This document shows, one piece after another, positions 10,268 to 19,841 of a DNA stretch of 64,000 nt. The position numbers and the translations under genes were made by a program. Position 1 is the first letter of the stretch; the number at the start of each line of letters is the position of its first letter. Location of the stretch: NCBI GenBank assembly GCA_965219415.1, contig OZ244742.1:1-64000 (forward strand), in the 5' to 3' direction. Below the pieces are notes generated by a model. It ran no database searches. It saw only the letters and a program-made list of their open reading frames with translations, and was not told the DNA's origin. The stretch is from Candidatus Marinacidobacterales bacterium (lineage in GTDB: Bacteria > Acidobacteriota > Vicinamibacteria > Marinacidobacterales > DATDRI01).

Positions 10268-11356
10268 CTAGCCTCCCCAGATCTGCCTCAGCACACCAGC
10301 GAAGTTCTCACCCATGATCTTGGCCGTTTCCTCAGACGAGAAACCGTGTCGGAGCAAGCCTTCCTCCAGCAGAGGCGTTTCAGCGGGTGTCTTCACAGGG
10401 AACTCCCATGGCGGCGGCGGCCAGGCTCCGGGTTCCAGAAAATTTTTCGTCATGAGGTCGTCATAGAACATTTGCTGCTCCTCGAGCGAGCTCCAGGGAG
10501 AGGCCGGCCTGTCAAAGTCGATGCCAATACCTACGTGATCGACGCCTGCAACCTCTACGGCATGCACGATGTGACGAATCAGAGTTTCCAGATCGACACC
10601 GGGCCCTTTACCCAAGATGAAGGGTGTTCCGACGATACCTATGACGCCACCTGTGCCGGCGCACTCACGAATTTGGTCATCGGTGATATTGCGCGGATGG
10701 TCGTAGACGGCCTTGCAGCCAGAGTGCGTGAAGAGGAAGGGAGCCTCGGCTATCGCCATCGCTTCCATGCTCGTCCGCTCACCTACGTGCGAACCATCGA
10801 CCGCTATGCCCACGTCGTTCATGGCCGTGACCACCGACCGTCCGAAACGGCTCAAACCACCGTTCGCAGGTTCCATGCAGCCGTCGCCGATGAAGTTTCG
10901 AACGTTTAACGCCAGACCGATGATCCGGACGCCTAGTTTATGAAAAAGAGTCACGTAGTCCAGACTTTTCTCCAGGGAAGTTGGAGTCTGAAAATGAAGG
11001 ATGATTCCAAGTCGACCGGAATCTCGTAGCTTTTCGAAGTCCCGCACTTGGGTGATCAAGGCGAGCTCAGCCGAATGCGCCTCAATCTGCTTGGCAATTT
11101 TGAGGACGTTGTCGACCGTTTCCTGAAATCGGGATTGCTGACCACCGACACCGCCCGCCATCCCGCCCGCGCTGACAACAGTAGCTCCAATCGCATCCAC
11201 TCCACCCGCTCGGTACTCTTCGATGGCGAAGGGAAAACCTCCGCGACCACCGTGTCCGCCGGTACTCACTAGAGGCGCCACCAAGTCAATCTTGATTCCC
11301 TTACAGTACTCCGGCAGTGTTCTGCCCCTGCCAATGTTCGTGGCTGTCTCACCCAT
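10268..11356 (-). CDS. Membrane/renal dipeptidase family (M19) protein
   Basis: GLSRFGR, VDGSH, FTHS, HPRNITD, DHVGIGIDFD and KIMGENF motifs. Confidence 0.88.
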   Translation of the reverse strand: MGETATNIGRGRTLPEYCKGIKIDLVAPLVSTGGHGGRGGFPFAIEEYRAGGVDAIGATVVSAGGMAGGVGGQQSRFQETVDNVLKIAKQIEAHSAELALITQVRDFEKLRDSGRLGIILHFQTPTSLEKSLDYVTLFHKLGVRIIGLALNVRNFIGDGCMEPANGGLSRFGRSVVTAMNDVGIAVDGSHVGERTSMEAMAIAEAPFLFTHSGCKAVYDHPRNITDDQIRECAGTGGVIGIVGTPFILGKGPGVDLETLIRHIVHAVEVAGVDHVGIGIDFDRPASPWSSLEEQQMFYDDLMTKNFLEPGAWPPPPWEFPVKTPAETPLLEEGLLRHGFSSEETAKIMGENFAGVLRQIWGG

Positions 11357-11408
11357 GTCTTCCTCCCGGCATAGCTGCTTCGGTGACTCGGGCCACGAGT
11401 CCCACAGC

Positions 11409-11996
11409 GAGTCAAGCCCATTCTTAGTTGAAACTCTCCACGGCTCACGTTTAAGCGACCTTCTTCTTCGATACGGTTTGAGCTTGCTCCGGTTTGGTGG
11501 ACAAGTTGACTATGCAAACCGGTTTGCATTCACCTCACCGCCGTGGCTCACCGCCTCGTAGCAGCGAAGCGGAATCTCTCCTCCCTCGATGCTCCGAACC
11601 CGTGGCACACGGATCGGTACCCGCTGGCCGCCAAGCCCTACCGTGCCCGGGTTGCTTCCGGGACGGCGACCGCGCTCCAGCTCGTCCTTGCGAGAGTATC
11701 GCTCTCCCGCCAACGCCTTCACTTCGTCGTCGAGCAACTCGTGAACGTGCATTAGACCAAGGGGGACCAACCAACGGATCATCTCTACCTTGGCGTCCAG
11801 CACGAGTTCCCCGTAATCCTCGTGCCTCACCATCTCGACCTCACCCAAACGACGCGACTTCTTGCGTTTCTTGACCGAACGTAGCAGACTTCCCATCTCG
11901 GCTCCTTTCTTCGCGGCTTGATTTTGTTTTGTCCAACGCCATCAAACCACGGGGTTTGGAGCCGTTTCAATTCCCAACTAAGATTGGCACACTTTC
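11409..11996 (-). mobile_element. Internally deleted IS256-family element (type B) containing a 49-bp IS3 end
   Basis: IRs GAGTCAAGCCCATTCTTAGTTG / GAAAGTGTGCCAATCTTAGTTG. 8-bp target duplication CCCACAGC at 11401-11408 and 11997-12004. ORF 11510..11896 is the transposase N-terminus, and the right end matches 19123-19192. Confidence 0.85.
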
Positions 11997-12014
11997 CCCA
12001 CAGCTACCTCACTC

Positions 12015-13628
12015 TCATTCTTTGGTTAGGTACTTGTACCGAATATAAGCATCCGATAGCGTGTTCGCGTAGCCGCCGATGTTGTTCCGCATAGCCAGCG
12101 AGTAGTCCGGCTGCAACAGCCACACAGCTGGAGCATCCGCCCAGATCTTTTGCTGAATCGATTGGAACAAGTTCAAACGGATGATCTCGTCGGTAGTTGC
12201 GTTAACCTGAGCCATCAAATCATCCACGTCTGTATTCGAATACTTCATGAAGTTGAAATAGGAACCAGTCGTATAGCTGAGCGACAACTGATAGGCCCCA
12301 TCAAGTATGCTTCCACCCATATCCTTTAGGTACATCTGAAGATTCCCAGCAGGCCAAGCTTTAGCTAATACGCTAGGATTTTGCTTATCTAACGTGACGC
12401 TAATCCCTACGTCCTTTAGCGCAGCCTGGATGATAATAGCTGCTGCCTCGTGTTCGGGATTGTTGTCCGCTAGAGAGAGCGTCAGGTCCAATCCTTTGGC
12501 AAATTCCGTCTGTTCCAAGAGCTTCTTTGCTTTGTTGACATCGTAGGTGTAAGGAAACCCATCGTGAGTATGACCTGGTATACCTACCGCCAGCGGTCCG
12601 TACGTAGCCTGCGCCTGCCCGTAGTAGACACCTTGGATAATCTTCTCGTAAGGAACGGCGTAACTGAGTGCCTGGCGAAGTGTCAAATTGTCGAATGGAG
12701 GCTTGTTGACGACCAAGACAAGGACTAGCTGCTGTGTCCGCGGCTGGGAAACAACGGTAATACCATTTGCACCTTTGAGTGACGATACTTGCTCAGGCGT
12801 CAGGTACTCAGCTACGTCAAGGGCGCCCGTCCTGAGAAGCTGTAAACGTGTTGCGGAGTCAGGGACAAGACGAAGAATTACCTTTGCAATCTTCGCTTTC
12901 GGGTCACCAACATAGTCCGGATTGGCGCGAAGCACGATTTCAGTCCCCTGCGTCCATGAGGCTATGCTGTAAGGACCGTAGCCTGCGGTGTTCTGCGCCA
13001 GCCAAGCCTTCGCGTAGGGGTCCCGAGAGGTGGCATGGTGCTTGATTAGCGCAGGATTCTTTGCAACCGTGTTTGACAGGGTCAACAGCTTCGGGAAGTA
13101 GGGCATGATGTTGTTCGTCGTCACCGTGAGCTGCATTGGCCCGACAATCTTCACGTTCGCGATGTCAGTCAATCCCATGACCTTTGTGTAGATGAAAGAG
13201 GACCCCGAGTCGGTAAGAGCCAGGCCCCGCTCAAACAGGTAACGGAGGGTCTCTGCGGTTATTGGTGTCCCATCGGAGAACTTCTGGTCTTTACGAACAG
13301 TGAGAGTCCAAGTCTTTCCGTCGTCTGATGCCTCAATTCTGTCCAGGAGCTGCGGGACCTGCTTACTCGGGTCCCCGAGCCTCGATCCGTTGGGCAGACT
13401 CTTGAGTTCGTTTTTCATAATCTGCTCGTAAACGTTGAACGCAAGCGTCAAAGCAATGCGGGTCCTCGCATAGTCCGGATCGAGAGAGCCAGGCCAGTCA
13501 GCTATAGCAACGGTCAGCGCGGAACTCGCCGACTGCTGGCAGGCAGTCTGGGTGGCACCGGCCAGGAGAGTAATGATCAGGATTGTGAAAGGACCTAGAA
13601 CTTTCGTTCGCAATGTCCTGGTTTTCAT
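12015..13628 (-). CDS. Peptide ABC transporter substrate-binding protein (family 5)
   Basis: N-terminal hydrophobic signal, KFSDGTPITA, GYGPYSI..W, GALDVA and PFDNLTLRQALSYA motifs. Confidence 0.92.
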   Translation of the reverse strand: MKTRTLRTKVLGPFTILIITLLAGATQTACQQSASSALTVAIADWPGSLDPDYARTRIALTLAFNVYEQIMKNELKSLPNGSRLGDPSKQVPQLLDRIEASDDGKTWTLTVRKDQKFSDGTPITAETLRYLFERGLALTDSGSSFIYTKVMGLTDIANVKIVGPMQLTVTTNNIMPYFPKLLTLSNTVAKNPALIKHHATSRDPYAKAWLAQNTAGYGPYSIASWTQGTEIVLRANPDYVGDPKAKIAKVILRLVPDSATRLQLLRTGALDVAEYLTPEQVSSLKGANGITVVSQPRTQQLVLVLVVNKPPFDNLTLRQALSYAVPYEKIIQGVYYGQAQATYGPLAVGIPGHTHDGFPYTYDVNKAKKLLEQTEFAKGLDLTLSLADNNPEHEAAAIIIQAALKDVGISVTLDKQNPSVLAKAWPAGNLQMYLKDMGGSILDGAYQLSLSYTTGSYFNFMKYSNTDVDDLMAQVNATTDEIIRLNLFQSIQQKIWADAPAVWLLQPDYSLAMRNNIGGYANTLSDAYIRYKYLTKE

Positions 13629-13632
13629 CCGC

Positions 13633-15005
13633 GAGCTCTTGTCAATAGGGTGTGTAAAAAAGTTCAGGCAGCAGCAACCTTCGACGACTCCGTTACCCTG
13701 TCTCCATCTTCAAATCGAACGCCCAGGTGAACCTCTCGCATCAGCTCCGGTGCGTTGAGCCGGCGAAAATTCTTCTCCGCAACCAGAAGCAGTTTGAAGA
13801 TTGTCGCAGTGGCGGACTCGATTTTCTTGAACCTTTTGGCCGCATCCGTTCTCAATCTCAGTGCAGCGAACGGTGATTCCACGACGTTGCTCGTGCGAAG
13901 GTGTTGCCAGTGAGGCTTGGGAAAGGAATAGAAGCTGACCATCCGCTCCCAGTCCTCGTCGAGCACGTGCGCGGCCCCCGGAAGACCCTTGCGCAAGCAC
14001 CAATCCTGGAACTTGGCCTTCTTCGTCTCGCACTCCTGCAGGCTGGTGGGGTAGGGGGTCGCCGTCAACAGCGGCTTGGCCTGCGCCTGGTCCCTTTTCG
14101 GAATCCGGTCCAGTACGTTGAGGATTCGGTGGTTCCAGCACCGCTGCTCCTCAGCTTCTGGAAATACGTTTCGGGTCGCGGCCCAGATGTCGAGATGACC
14201 GTCACCGATCACCAAACGGGGACATCTCAGACCGCGCTTCTTCCGTCTCCGTAGCAGCGACGACCATGACGCTTCGGATTCTCGATGCCCGGCCTCCAGC
14301 GTCAGGACGATTTTCGTCCCGTCGGACAGGCCACCAACCGCAACTAGCACCGCCGCCATGTCCTTCTCAAGGCCGGCCTTCACGTACACGCCATCTACCC
14401 ACAGGGACACGAGCTCGAGTTCGTCCAGTGGGCGAGCTAGCCACTGCTCGTACTCTCCCTGCCATTTCTGTTTCAGCCGCGACACCGTGCTGGGAGAAAG
14501 TGGAGCGTCCTCCCCTAGAAGCCCGCGGAGCGCCAGATCGAAATCTCCGTGAGCTAATCCATGCAGGTACAGCTCCGGAATCAACTCGCTCACCGTTTCG
14601 CTCCGACGCTTGAACAGCGGAAGCACTCGACTTTCGAACCTCTCCTCCACGTCCCGTACTCTCGGCCGGCGAACCGTCACCGTGCCCACGCTCATCGTCA
14701 GCTTCCGAGGCTTACCGTATCCATTTCGATAGCCCGCCGTTGTGTCCACGGGCTTCCGTCTCTCCGATTTCTCACGCCCGAGAAGCTCCGTGACTTCGGC
14801 TACCATCAGCTCCTGCACCCAATCCTGGATCTCGAGCCTCGCCCACTTCTCCAGCGACTCCCAAGCCACCCTTGACGAGCTCCGTCGTCTTGTGGTCTTT
14901 TCCTTCATGGCGGTGTCTCCTTCCGTTGGCCCCTTCACGCCGTGTTTCGTGACGCGGAAGGTTACTCCGCCTTTACTTTATTTCCACACCTTCTGAGGGT
15001 AGCTC
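13633..15005 (-). mobile_element. IS256-family element (type C), complete
   Basis: IRs GAGCTCTTGTCAATAGGGTGTG / GAGCTACCCTCAGAAGGTGTG. 8-bp duplication TCATCCGC at 13625-13632 and 15006-15013. Confidence 0.92.
13664..14908 (-). CDS. IS256-family transposase
   Basis: YRNGY, WVDGVY, IGDG, QRCWNH and LRTSNVVES motifs. Confidence 0.92.
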   Translation of the reverse strand: MKEKTTRRRSSSRVAWESLEKWARLEIQDWVQELMVAEVTELLGREKSERRKPVDTTAGYRNGYGKPRKLTMSVGTVTVRRPRVRDVEERFESRVLPLFKRRSETVSELIPELYLHGLAHGDFDLALRGLLGEDAPLSPSTVSRLKQKWQGEYEQWLARPLDELELVSLWVDGVYVKAGLEKDMAAVLVAVGGLSDGTKIVLTLEAGHRESEASWSSLLRRRKKRGLRCPRLVIGDGHLDIWAATRNVFPEAEEQRCWNHRILNVLDRIPKRDQAQAKPLLTATPYPTSLQECETKKAKFQDWCLRKGLPGAAHVLDEDWERMVSFYSFPKPHWQHLRTSNVVESPFAALRLRTDAAKRFKKIESATATIFKLLLVAEKNFRRLNAPELMREVHLGVRFEDGDRVTESSKVAAA

Positions 15006-15396
15006 TCATCCGCCGTGTGGACACTCTAGCTCCCGGTTCCCGCAACACAACCCCCTCCGCTTGCCGCTAGGACCGTTACATCATGAACCATCTGCGCGTT
15101 AGCGGTGGGTAGCACAGGTACAGGCCTTTCAACCGCCTCCGGTAGGATCCAACCAGTCGCCGGGGCAGGAGGATTGCCAGCAGTTTAGTCCCTCGTCATT
15201 GCCTCCCTCATTGATACACGGATGCTTACCATGAGCACTGGCTTGAGGGCCACCGTCCTAGCTCGGACCCGGGCACCGTAAAGACAACGAGGAGATCGGT
15301 GGCTGCTTGGAGTCTTCTCGACCGAGCCGGGAGTTATAACCAGAAGTTGTGGATCGCCTGAATGAGAAAGGCGGCGTATCCTTCCATGTAAGACAA

Positions 15397-15535
15397 TGAG
15401 CTTGCTCCGGTTTGGTGGACAAGTTGACTATGCAAACCGGTTTGCTTCCAAGAGTCTAAGTTCGAACTCGATGGGACTGACGTTCCGGAGCGTTGAGTGC
15501 CGTCGCCTCGGGTTGTAGAAATTGGTGATGTAGTC
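15397..15535 (-). mobile_element. IS3-family right-end remnant
   Basis: Minus strand encodes DYITNFYNPRRRHSTLRNVSPIEFE...ANRFA*, an IS3 integrase C-terminus, followed by the terminal TGAGCTTGCTCCGGTTTGGTGGACA. Confidence 0.75.
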
Positions 15536-16905
15536 GGGATGTGTCCCGAGGTCCGTGGAAAAAGAACGGCGCCCTCCACTCCGTCATCGGAGTATCATAT
15601 CAGGCGGCAACCTCCGCGCGTTCGAGAACCTCGCTCAGACGTTGGTAGCCGTCGATGCGTCGTAGTTGAATCTGGCCAGAGGCGATAAGCCCAAACAGCA
15701 AAGCGACCGCAGACTCCTCGCTGGAGAACGACGCTTGGGTTTTCGTCCGGCGTCGAAACTCGCGGTTGAGATTCTCCAGAGCATTGGTCGTTCGAATCGA
15801 TTTCCACATGGCACGAGGGAATTCGTAGAAGGTCAGCCCAGCTGATTACCGGCCTCCTCTAGGTTTCGGACGACGGCCGGCGCGAGAGGCGTCCACTTGG
15901 CGACGAGCTCGTCATAGGCTTTGCGAGCATCGAACCCGTTCTTGGCGTAGACGATCCGGTTGTGGTCACGCCGGAGCTCACGGCGTGCGTGCGCCGGGCA
16001 ATGTTGGAGCAAGTTGGCGCGCTTGTGCTCGGTACATCGCTGCAACCGGCACCCCGGCCACTTCTCCAGCGCTTTCGTCAGCCCCTTGTGGCCGTCGCTG
16101 ATCACTAGCTTGGGAGCCCGGAGTCCTCGAGCCTGGAGTCCCTCCAGCACGGAGCCCCAATGCGTCGAGGCTTCGCTCACCGCCAGACGCAATGACAACA
16201 GACGTTTGTGCCCGTCTGGCGCGACCCCGAGCGCGGCCAGTACGGGTAAGCTGATCACACGTTTCGCCATCCGCACTTTCAGGTGGAAGCCGTCCAGGTA
16301 AACGATCGCGTAGACCTCCTCGCTGAGAGCACGGTTCTGCCATTCCTCGAAGCGCTCCTTCAGCCGGCTAACCACGCGAGACACCGCGCTCTTCGATAGG
16401 TGCTCCTCACCGAGCAGTGGTTTCAGCGCTTTGCGGATCCGGCGGCTATTCGCGCCCGACAAGTACGTCCCCAAGAGCGCCTCGTCGACCTCACGAGTCC
16501 GGCGCGCGTACCGGGGCAAACAGCTCGCTCCTGAACTCTGTCGTTTCTCCCGTTTCCTCGTCTCGCACGCGGGCTCGTGGCACCCGGAGCTCGCGAGTTC
16601 CCACCGACGTCGTCACGCGACGGGTTTCGGCTCCGTTGCGATATCCACGGCGGTCTTCCGCACGCTCGTAGCTACAACACCCCAGCGCTTGGTCGACTTC
16701 TTCCTCGAGCACAACCTCGATCGCCTCCAGTACCCGCTTACGCAGCCGAAGTTGGACGAACTCCCGGTACTCGCTTACAGACTCCTTCAATATGGTGGTA
16801 GGCTTCTTCATGGCGTAATCCTCCTCCTGCCTTTCCAGGCGCGGTTTCGTTTTGCTTAACCGGAGGTTACGCCATTCTTATTTCCACGGAAGCGGGACGG
16901 ATCCC
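15536..16905 (-). mobile_element. IS256-family element (type D) with frameshifted transposase
   Basis: IRs GGGATGTGTCCCGAGGTCCGTGGAAA / GGGATCCGTCCCGCTTCCGTGGAAA. Transposase pieces at 16491..16811, 15833..16519 and 15600..15809 (YRNG, YLDG, ISDG, QRC, RTTNALE). No flanking duplication. Confidence 0.88.
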
Positions 16906-17048
16906 GTCACATCAAGTACGCGGAACCGACACCGATGGCCAATCTTCACCTCACGTTGCTCGACAGTGTGGGCGTGCATCTCGAGTCGTTCGCCGATAGC
17001 ACCGGCAAGATCGACACCCTGCTGGAATCGGTTTCTCCGACGGGCTGA
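16906..17048 (+). pseudogene. C-terminal shard of a DUF1552-like protein
   Basis: HIKYAEPTPMANLHLTLLDSVGVHLESFADSTGKI* is followed by an RBS and the ATG of a next gene that is cut by IS256. Confidence 0.6.
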
Positions 17049-17088
17049 GGAGTCGCGATGAAAGTTAGACGAGCGTTTGGCAGATGCC

Positions 17089-18548
17089 GGGGATGTCCCG
17101 CCGGATGTTGAATTTGGGGTAGCGGCGGCTCCTTGGCCGGCCTAAGAATAGGTCTGCCAAACAACCGTCTCCAGAGGGGGACAAGGAGCCACCAATGCCT
17201 AGGAAATCAAAGAAGCCAGTAAGAAAGCAAACGCACTCGCCTACGGGCAAGGTAGTTGGCCAAGTCGGTCAGATACTGCTACCGATGATAGCTGGGATCG
17301 CGGCCACGAAGGCGGAACTGACGGAATGGGTGTACGAGCAAGGACTGACAGCTCTGCACCTACTGCTCAGAGAGGACGCCGAGGAGATCGCGGGGCTCAA
17401 GGGCAAGCACGAGAAGGAGCGAACTCATAACCACTGGGGGAGCACGAACGGAGAGCTGAGCTTCGGTGGTCGTCGCATCCAAGTGTCGCGACCTCGAGTT
17501 CGCTCGAAGTCGGGCGAGGAGGCGTCGCTTCCACACTTCGAAGCCTTCCGCGAAGAAGACCCGCTTCCAGAGCGAGTGTTGAATCAGATCTTGGTGGGGG
17601 TATCGACCCGAAATTACGAATCGAGTCTGAACAAACCCGCGGCCAAGTTGAAGTCTCGTGGCACGAGTAAGAGTGCCGCCAGCCGTCACCTCGTGAGCCA
17701 GACGACTAAGAAGCTCGAGGAATACCTGTCTCGGCGGCTAGAGGAGTTCGAGCTTGCGGCACTGATGCTGGATGGCCTTGAGGTGGCCGGACAGACCGTC
17801 GTCGTAACTCTAGGTATCACAATAGATGGAACGAAGGTGCCCCTGGGTATATGGCTGGGCTCGACGGAGAACTCTCGGGTGTGCACCGCGATGTTGCAGG
17901 ACCTTCTCGAGCGGGGCTTGCGCGTCGATGAGTCGATTCTCTGCGTAGTGGACGGAGGCAAAGGCATCCGCAAGGCACTCGTCGACGTTTTGGGGGACCT
18001 CGCGGTCATCCAAAGGTGCCAGATCCATAAACTCCGGAATCTTCGCTCGTACCTTCCCAAGTCTCGTCACGCCTACGTACTCCAGACGATGAAGGAAGCC
18101 TACAAGTGCAAGAGTGCCGACAAGGCGCGCAAGCGACTTCAGGCATTGGTGTCGTGGCTCGAGCGAAACGGCTACGACGAAGCTGCCGGAAGCCTTCGTG
18201 AAGGGATGGAAGAGACACTCACGGTCGTGAAGCTCGCGCTGCCCGCCTTACTTCGCCAGTCTCTTGCCACGACGAACGCCATTGAGAATCTCAACGGAAC
18301 CATTCGCAGAGTATCGAGAAACGTCAAGCGTTGGAAGAGTCCTTCCATGGTTCGCCGATGGACCGCTCTTGGCGTCGTCACCGCGCAGAAAAAGTTCCGG
18401 CGTATCAAAGGCTATCGCCATATGGGCGCTTTCGTTCACGCGCTTAGAAGCAAACAGAAATCTCTTGACAGCGATGAGTTTGCTGCCTAAGAGTATTCAC
18501 AGGTGCCGCCGCTACCCGACCAAATTCAACAGCGGCCGGGACATCCCC
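17089..18548 (+). mobile_element. IS256-family element (type A), complete
   Basis: Terminal IRs GGGGATGTCCCG...AATTT at both ends. No flanking target duplication. Confidence 0.92.
17195..18490 (+). CDS. IS256-family transposase
   Basis: 431 aa intact; MLDG, VVDGGKG, QRCQIHK and ATTNAIENLN motifs. Confidence 0.93.
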   Translation: MPRKSKKPVRKQTHSPTGKVVGQVGQILLPMIAGIAATKAELTEWVYEQGLTALHLLLREDAEEIAGLKGKHEKERTHNHWGSTNGELSFGGRRIQVSRPRVRSKSGEEASLPHFEAFREEDPLPERVLNQILVGVSTRNYESSLNKPAAKLKSRGTSKSAASRHLVSQTTKKLEEYLSRRLEEFELAALMLDGLEVAGQTVVVTLGITIDGTKVPLGIWLGSTENSRVCTAMLQDLLERGLRVDESILCVVDGGKGIRKALVDVLGDLAVIQRCQIHKLRNLRSYLPKSRHAYVLQTMKEAYKCKSADKARKRLQALVSWLERNGYDEAAGSLREGMEETLTVVKLALPALLRQSLATTNAIENLNGTIRRVSRNVKRWKSPSMVRRWTALGVVTAQKKFRRIKGYRHMGAFVHALRSKQKSLDSDEFAA

Positions 18549-19192
18549 CACTGCTCGAGCGGGGACTCGATATCTCCCAGGGTCTGCTGGTGATCATCGA
18601 CGGCGGCAAGGGTCTCCAAGCGGCAGTCAAGAAGGCATTCCGTAAGCGGGCCCTGATACAACGCTGCCAGTGGCACAAACGTGAAAACGTAGTGAGCTAC
18701 CTGTCCAAGGGCGAGCAGGCGTCATGGCGCAAGCGGCTCCAGTGGGCCTACAACAGGCCGGAGTACGAAGAGGCCCTCACTGCGCTCGAGCAACTCCACG
18801 GTGAGTTAGAAGAGCGGAACCAATCCGCAGCTGGCAGCCTGGAGGAAGGCCTTGAGGAGACGCTGACGTTGCATCGACTCGGCGTGCACGCGGTGCTGGG
18901 CCGTTCGTTCAAGACGACGAACTGCCTTGAGTCCGTCAATGCTCTCGTCGAGGAACGCTGCGCGAAGGTCGACCACTGGAAGAACTCGAGCCAACGCCAG
19001 CGCTGGTTGGCAACGGCGCTCGTAGACATCGAACCGCGCTTGAGGAAGGTGGTGGGCTACCGCCATCTTCCCAAGCTTCGCGAAGCTCTCAAGCGGGAAC
19101 TGAAGATCGAGGCGAAGACATCAACCGTATCGAAGAAGAAGGTCGCTTAAACGTGAGCCGTGGAGAGTTTCAACTAAGAATGGGCTTGACTC
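18549..19192 (+). mobile_element. IS256-family element (type B), 3' half
   Basis: IIDGGKGL, QRCQWHK and TTNCLES motifs. The right IR ...AACTAAGAATGGGCTTGACTC matches 11409 onward. Confidence 0.85.
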
Positions 19193-19469
19193 GGGCAAGC
19201 GGCAATTCCTTGACAGATCCTGCCCGATTAATGACTGAGTGCGGCCAAAACTCCGAAAAGTGAAGAAATACGTATCGGGTGAGCCGACCGCCACCACCCC
19301 ATCCAACGAAAATGTCTTTGGAAAATTTGTGATGATAAGACCTTGATTCTTCTAATGTGAAGCCCTTGTAATCCTGAGCAGACAGATTTGCCAAGGGCAT
19401 TAAAAGGAAGTACAGAAGGGCTATTGTCGAAGATTTATTAATCTTGTTTTGCATACGCATATTTTCCAT
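19193..19469 (-). pseudogene. N-terminal fragment of a secreted protein (possibly serine hydrolase/NylB-like), truncated by IS256
   Basis: Signal peptide followed by YVFLHFSEFWPHSVINRAG..LP. The DNA is visibly more AT-rich than its flanks. Confidence 0.45.
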
Positions 19470-19539
19470 TCAAAAATTGTAAGATTTTGTATTTAACTCC
19501 ATAATACTATTCCAAAACCTACAAGACCCATAGCGGTGC

Positions 19540-19690
19540 TCGCGCGTTGGCGGCCTCGGGCGTCGAGATCGACCGCAGGCGAAGCTCTTTGACGAGTCGA
19601 TTCTGGAGTGTCAGGTGAGCGCGCTCGACACGGACCTTGGCCTGCGGCGTGTCCGCGCAGATGATGTCGCTGTTGAGCTCGGACAACACC
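19540..19690 (-). mobile_element. ISNCY-family transposase internal shard
   Basis: Minus strand reads LSELNSDIICADTPQAKVRVERAHLTLQNRLVKELRLRSISTPEAANA. Confidence 0.7.
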
Positions 19691-19816
19691 GCTCACGAGC
19701 CGAAGCGTAGTAAAAGACACCGGGTCGATGAGCTCGCCTCCGAGTGTCGGATGGCACAGCAGCGAGTTCGCGGCGAAGGCGGTTAGCGTGAGGGCAGTGA
19801 GGATTCCGACGAGCAT
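19690..19816 (-). pseudogene. DMT/EamA transporter N-terminal shard
   Basis: LTALTLTAFAANSLLC...IDPVSFTTLRLVSG. Confidence 0.65.
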
Positions 19817-19841
19817 CCACTAGTTACCAGCACTGTTTTCG

